A DNA stretch of 64,000 nt from Tetramitus jugosus (taxonomy: Eukaryota > Protista > Heterolobosea). The DNA is taken from the NCBI GenBank assembly GCA_937625935.1, contig OW569363.1:456296-520295 (forward strand). The letters are read 5' to 3'. The position numbers were made by a program, and so were the translations under genes. Below are positions 60,828 to 64,000 of this stretch, piece by piece; position 1 is the first letter of the stretch, and each line of letters begins with the position of its first letter. A model generated the notes under the pieces. It ran no database searches. It was not told the DNA's origin and worked only from the letters and a program-made list of their open reading frames with translations.

Positions 60828-61132
60828 TTGGCGTTATTACTGCAACACGACCAGTCGAGTATTAAGGGCAGAATTTTTGATGTTTCAGATGGAGCACGTA
60901 TTGAACCCTATCTGGTCACTCCATCACAGTATGATTGTTTCAACAGAAATGGAACTGATAACAGGATTTGCAACAGCCAAGGATATTGCATCGCTCCTAA
61001 TACATGCTCCTGTCATGCACATAGTCTCGGGGAAGAGTGCGGCGCTTTCTACGATTGTTTTGGGATGCTTGCCAACCATTCTCAAGTTTGTTATGGTCGA
61101 GGCAGCTGTGAGGGAGCAGATGTATGTACCTT
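60828..61132 (+). pseudogene. Fragment of a Cys-rich EGF-like repeat surface protein
   Basis: CFNRNGTDNRICNSQGYCIAPNTCSC…CFGMLANHSQVCYGRGSCEGADVCT breaks off mid-repeat. Confidence 0.65.
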
Positions 61133-61680
61133 GAATCATCATCATCATATTCATCTTCTTCTTCATCTTTATCTTTATCTTCATCTTCATTGAAATTATT
61201 TGAAATTTCATCGTCGTCCATACCTCTGAGAACAGGTATGTTGGTCGTAGCAGAGGACAGCACTGAGAATTTTTGATATTTTATCTTGGCAGAAGCAACA
61301 GCAGCCTTCAATTGAGAGTCTTGTGACCGACTGAGTTGTATTGCAAGCTTTGCGTCTTCTTGTTCTTGCAAAATCTTTGCAATGGCAGAGTCTGTCATGT
61401 CATGCAAAGTTGATTCATCGACGTCATAGCTAGCATTTGCTTGCTGTTGTTGTTGTAATTGCACCACATTTTCTGTCGCAGCAGAACGGACTTCTTCAAC
61501 GTCAATTTGTTTCAAATCAACATGGATAGCAGCATCCTCATGCATTTGATCTTCAAGTAAATCGTAAACTTTATAATGTTCATCGTTGTCGATCTCTTGT
61601 ACAAGCGTTTGTGTGAATGCACCAAGAGACATTTTCATATTCTTTTTTGCTTGTTGTTGTTGTTGTTTTGGGCGAGTCAT
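61133..61680 (-). pseudogene. Truncated N-terminal gene fragment (RIOK3-like N-terminus, tentative)
   Basis: ATG at 61680; DSAIAKILQEQEDAKLAIQL plus an acidic tract, then the frame runs into the antisense of the EGF fragment. No kinase domain follows. Confidence 0.4.
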
Positions 61681-62009
61681 TTTTGTTGTTTGATGACTGT
61701 TGTGTTGTTGTTTTATATGCGCTTTTATGGTTGCAAGAGTCAAGTGTCGTGTTCGAATCAATTTGAAGAATCACATTCATCTAACAGTTCCAATCTTCAA
61801 GAACTTCAATGAACGAATGTTGGAATATAGCCAATGTCTGGAATGCGTGACAGCGAGTTTTGAGCTCAACAAATATGAGTAGAAGTTAGCCGGTGCTCTT
61901 GTTCTTGTAGGTCTGAATCCAGTGTTTTGAGCATATTCTCCAGACTTGGATAACATGGACTCAACTCATCTCTATGAATGGTCAATAGCGGAACATATCC
62001 TGCGTACGT

Positions 62010-62321
62010 CTACTGATCCGTTGAGTACAAGTCTCTTGATACCTGGACATACATCCTCAAGATCGATAAAAGGATCAGCACCAATTTTAACATACGGACA
62101 GCAAATTTGCTGGTTAGAGTAGTTAGCCTGGGACATTTGTCTATCAATTGTTTGAGACCTTGCCGACCAACCGATGAATCGACGTGTATTTCTCTCAGTG
62201 TGTCATTTGATTGACTTTTACACAATGCGGATACCAAATTATCAAAACCATATTTGTTGATGCTAGTACCCATCAGCTTCAGTCTTCTCAATTTTTCGAA
62301 CGAACCCAAACAAAACAACAC
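62010..62321 (-). pseudogene. Leucine-rich-repeat gene fragment
   Basis: LRRLKLMGTSI, LREIHV, LIDKCPRLTTL. No ATG start. Confidence 0.45.
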
Positions 62322-62461
62322 TTGTTGTTACTATTGAAACATGGATTCAAATAGAGGGCAACTACTCATATAGATCTCATTCTATAGAATTCCCTGCAAA
62401 AATTAATTTTATGGGAGATCTCAGGAGTTGACGGCGTGATACCGTTTATTCTACCTGATCA

Positions 62462-62483
62462 GGGGTTGGGTTTGGGTTTGGGG
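62462..62483 (+). repeat. Interstitial degenerate telomere tract
   Basis: GGGG TTGGG TTTGGG TTTGGGG in the same orientation as the terminal array. Confidence 0.75.
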
Positions 62484-63115
62484 ATACATCCTGGATTCCC
62501 CAACCTAAGGAAACGATTTCCTTATATGGTAATTTTTTTTTGAGATTTTTTATTGCTCTAGGAGCTTCATCTGGTTGAGGTGAAGAGATTGGCGAGGTTT
62601 TCAACTCGATTTGAGCTTTATCGGCTCGTAGAGCCGATATATCTGTGCTGTATTTAACAGATTTTTATCGGCAACAGTGTTAAAACTGCAATAGCTTGTA
62701 GACGATTTTGATCCTATACTGGGGATAAGAGGTACATGTTAAACATGATTTCTTTGTCTTAGACCAGAGTATTGAGACATTATTTGATCATTTTTAACAT
62801 GATTTCCTACTAAATATATTTTTTGACTTGATGTCTTATGACTTGATTTTTCTGAAATTTTGACTAACTTGATTTTGCGTTTTTCTGAATAGAATCGACA
62901 ATTTTTATCAAATAATCACAGTATGATCAGATGTTTTATCTATTATTGAGACTTTTCGATTCAAAATACTTTAAAACAGTGAAATAGTGAAGTTTCAAAT
63001 TTGAATCGTGTTTATAGTTGAAAGGCCACATCCAAACCGTCAGAAATCCAGATAACTAGCTTTTTCTGAGTGACAATTCAGATTTATGATTGAAATAGAC
63101 TGAGAGTCTTTGGTG

Positions 63116-63136
63116 TGGGTTTGGGTTTGGGTTTGG
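63116..63136 (+). repeat. Interstitial telomere tract
   Basis: TGGG(TTTGGG)2TTTGG. Confidence 0.75.
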
Positions 63137-63332
63137 TGTTACATTAGTAAAGCCCCTGAGCAGTGAGCTGACAGCGATAGCTGGCAGTTTTGATGAAAGG
63201 AGGTAGAAAATGAAAGTTTGTGATGGCAAGAGTGATTTTACTTCCACTACAGATTAATAGAGAGGATTTTGATATCAAACTGGTTTTGTTTCGAATTTTG
63301 ATGAAAATTTTGATTTTTGAAGACAAAGTTGA

Positions 63333-64000
63333 TTTGGGTTTGGGTTTGGGTTTGGGTTTGGGTTTGGGTTTGGGTTTGGGTTTGGGTTTGGGTTTGGGTT
63401 TGGGTTTGGGTTTGGGTTTGGGTTTGGGTTTGGGTTTGGGTTTGGGTTTGGGTTTGGGTTTGGGTTTGGGTTTGGGTTTGGGTTTGGGTTTGGGTTTGGG
63501 TTTGGGTTTGGGTTTGGGTTTGGGTTTGGGTTTGGGTTTGGGTTTGGGTTTGGGTTTGGGTTTGGGTTTGGGTTTGGGTTTGGGTTTGGGTTTGGGTTTG
63601 GGTTTGGGTTTGGGTTTGGGTTTGGGTTTGGGTTTGGGTTTGGGTTTGGGTTTGGGTTTGGGTTTGGGTTTGGGTTTGGGTTTGGGTTTGGGTTTGGGTT
63701 TGGGTTTGGGTTTGGGTTTGGGTTTGGGTTTGGGTTTGGGTTTGGGTTTGGGTTTGGGTTTGGGTTTGGGTTTGGGTTTGGGTTTGGGTTTGGGTTTGGG
63801 TTTGGGTTTGGGTTTGGGTTTGGGTTTGGGTTTGGGTTTGGGTTTGGGTTTGGGTTTGGGTTTGGGTTTGGGTTTGGGTTTGGGTTTGGGTTTGGGTTTG
63901 GGTTTGGGTTTGGGTTTGGGTTTGGGTTTGGGTTTGGGTTTGGGTTTGGGTTTGGGTTTGGGTTTGGGTTTGGGTTTGGGTTTGGGTTTGGGTTTGGGTT
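63333..64000 (+). repeat. Telomere (TTTGGG)n, about 111 units
   Basis: Uninterrupted 668-bp array with the G-rich strand running 5'->3' toward the sequence end. Confidence 0.97.

Noticed and set aside
1-64000. Ciliate origin or alternative genetic code suggested by TTTGGG telomeres; the many short antisense ORFs
   Set aside because: Long conserved ORFs end at TAA, TAG or TGA at expected positions with no in-frame stops. The short ORFs are shadows of real genes.

Overview
Gene-dense, intron-poor eukaryotic chromosome end. It uses the standard genetic code and short GT-AG introns, and terminates in about 111 perfect TTTGGG telomere repeats. The receptor-type adenylate cyclases, a multi-TM RGS protein and Cys-rich EGF-like repeats suggest a Naegleria-like heterolobosean protist; this is an inference, not verified. 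About 27 housekeeping and signalling genes fill 0-57 kb. Pseudogenes appear from about 51 kb, and from about 57 kb the sequence becomes a subtelomeric mosaic of gene fragments. The standout is an intact, apparently very recent 5.4-kb APE-type non-LTR retrotransposon (14687-20075). It has a perfect 9-10 bp target-site duplication and is inserted head-to-head exactly 50 bp upstream of a tRNA-Val(AAC) gene that the ORF track misses. This is the geometry of Dictyostelium TRE5 tRNA-targeted elements, here in an apparently unrelated lineage. The element has a poly(A) tract in place of a 5' UTR and twin GCTC-TAC-GAGC hairpins in its 3' UTR. The same hairpin core recurs, with AATAAA and oligo(A), in the subtelomere. 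Other notable items are a bacterial-like A-T-R NRPS with a Phe-like specificity code, a CaaX-tailed kinesin, a Kv channel with a ubiquitin-like C-terminus, a THI5/NMT1-sensor cyclase, a catalytically degenerate dCache cyclase and a multi-hairpin intergenic region. All protein assignments come from motif recognition by eye; no searches were run.
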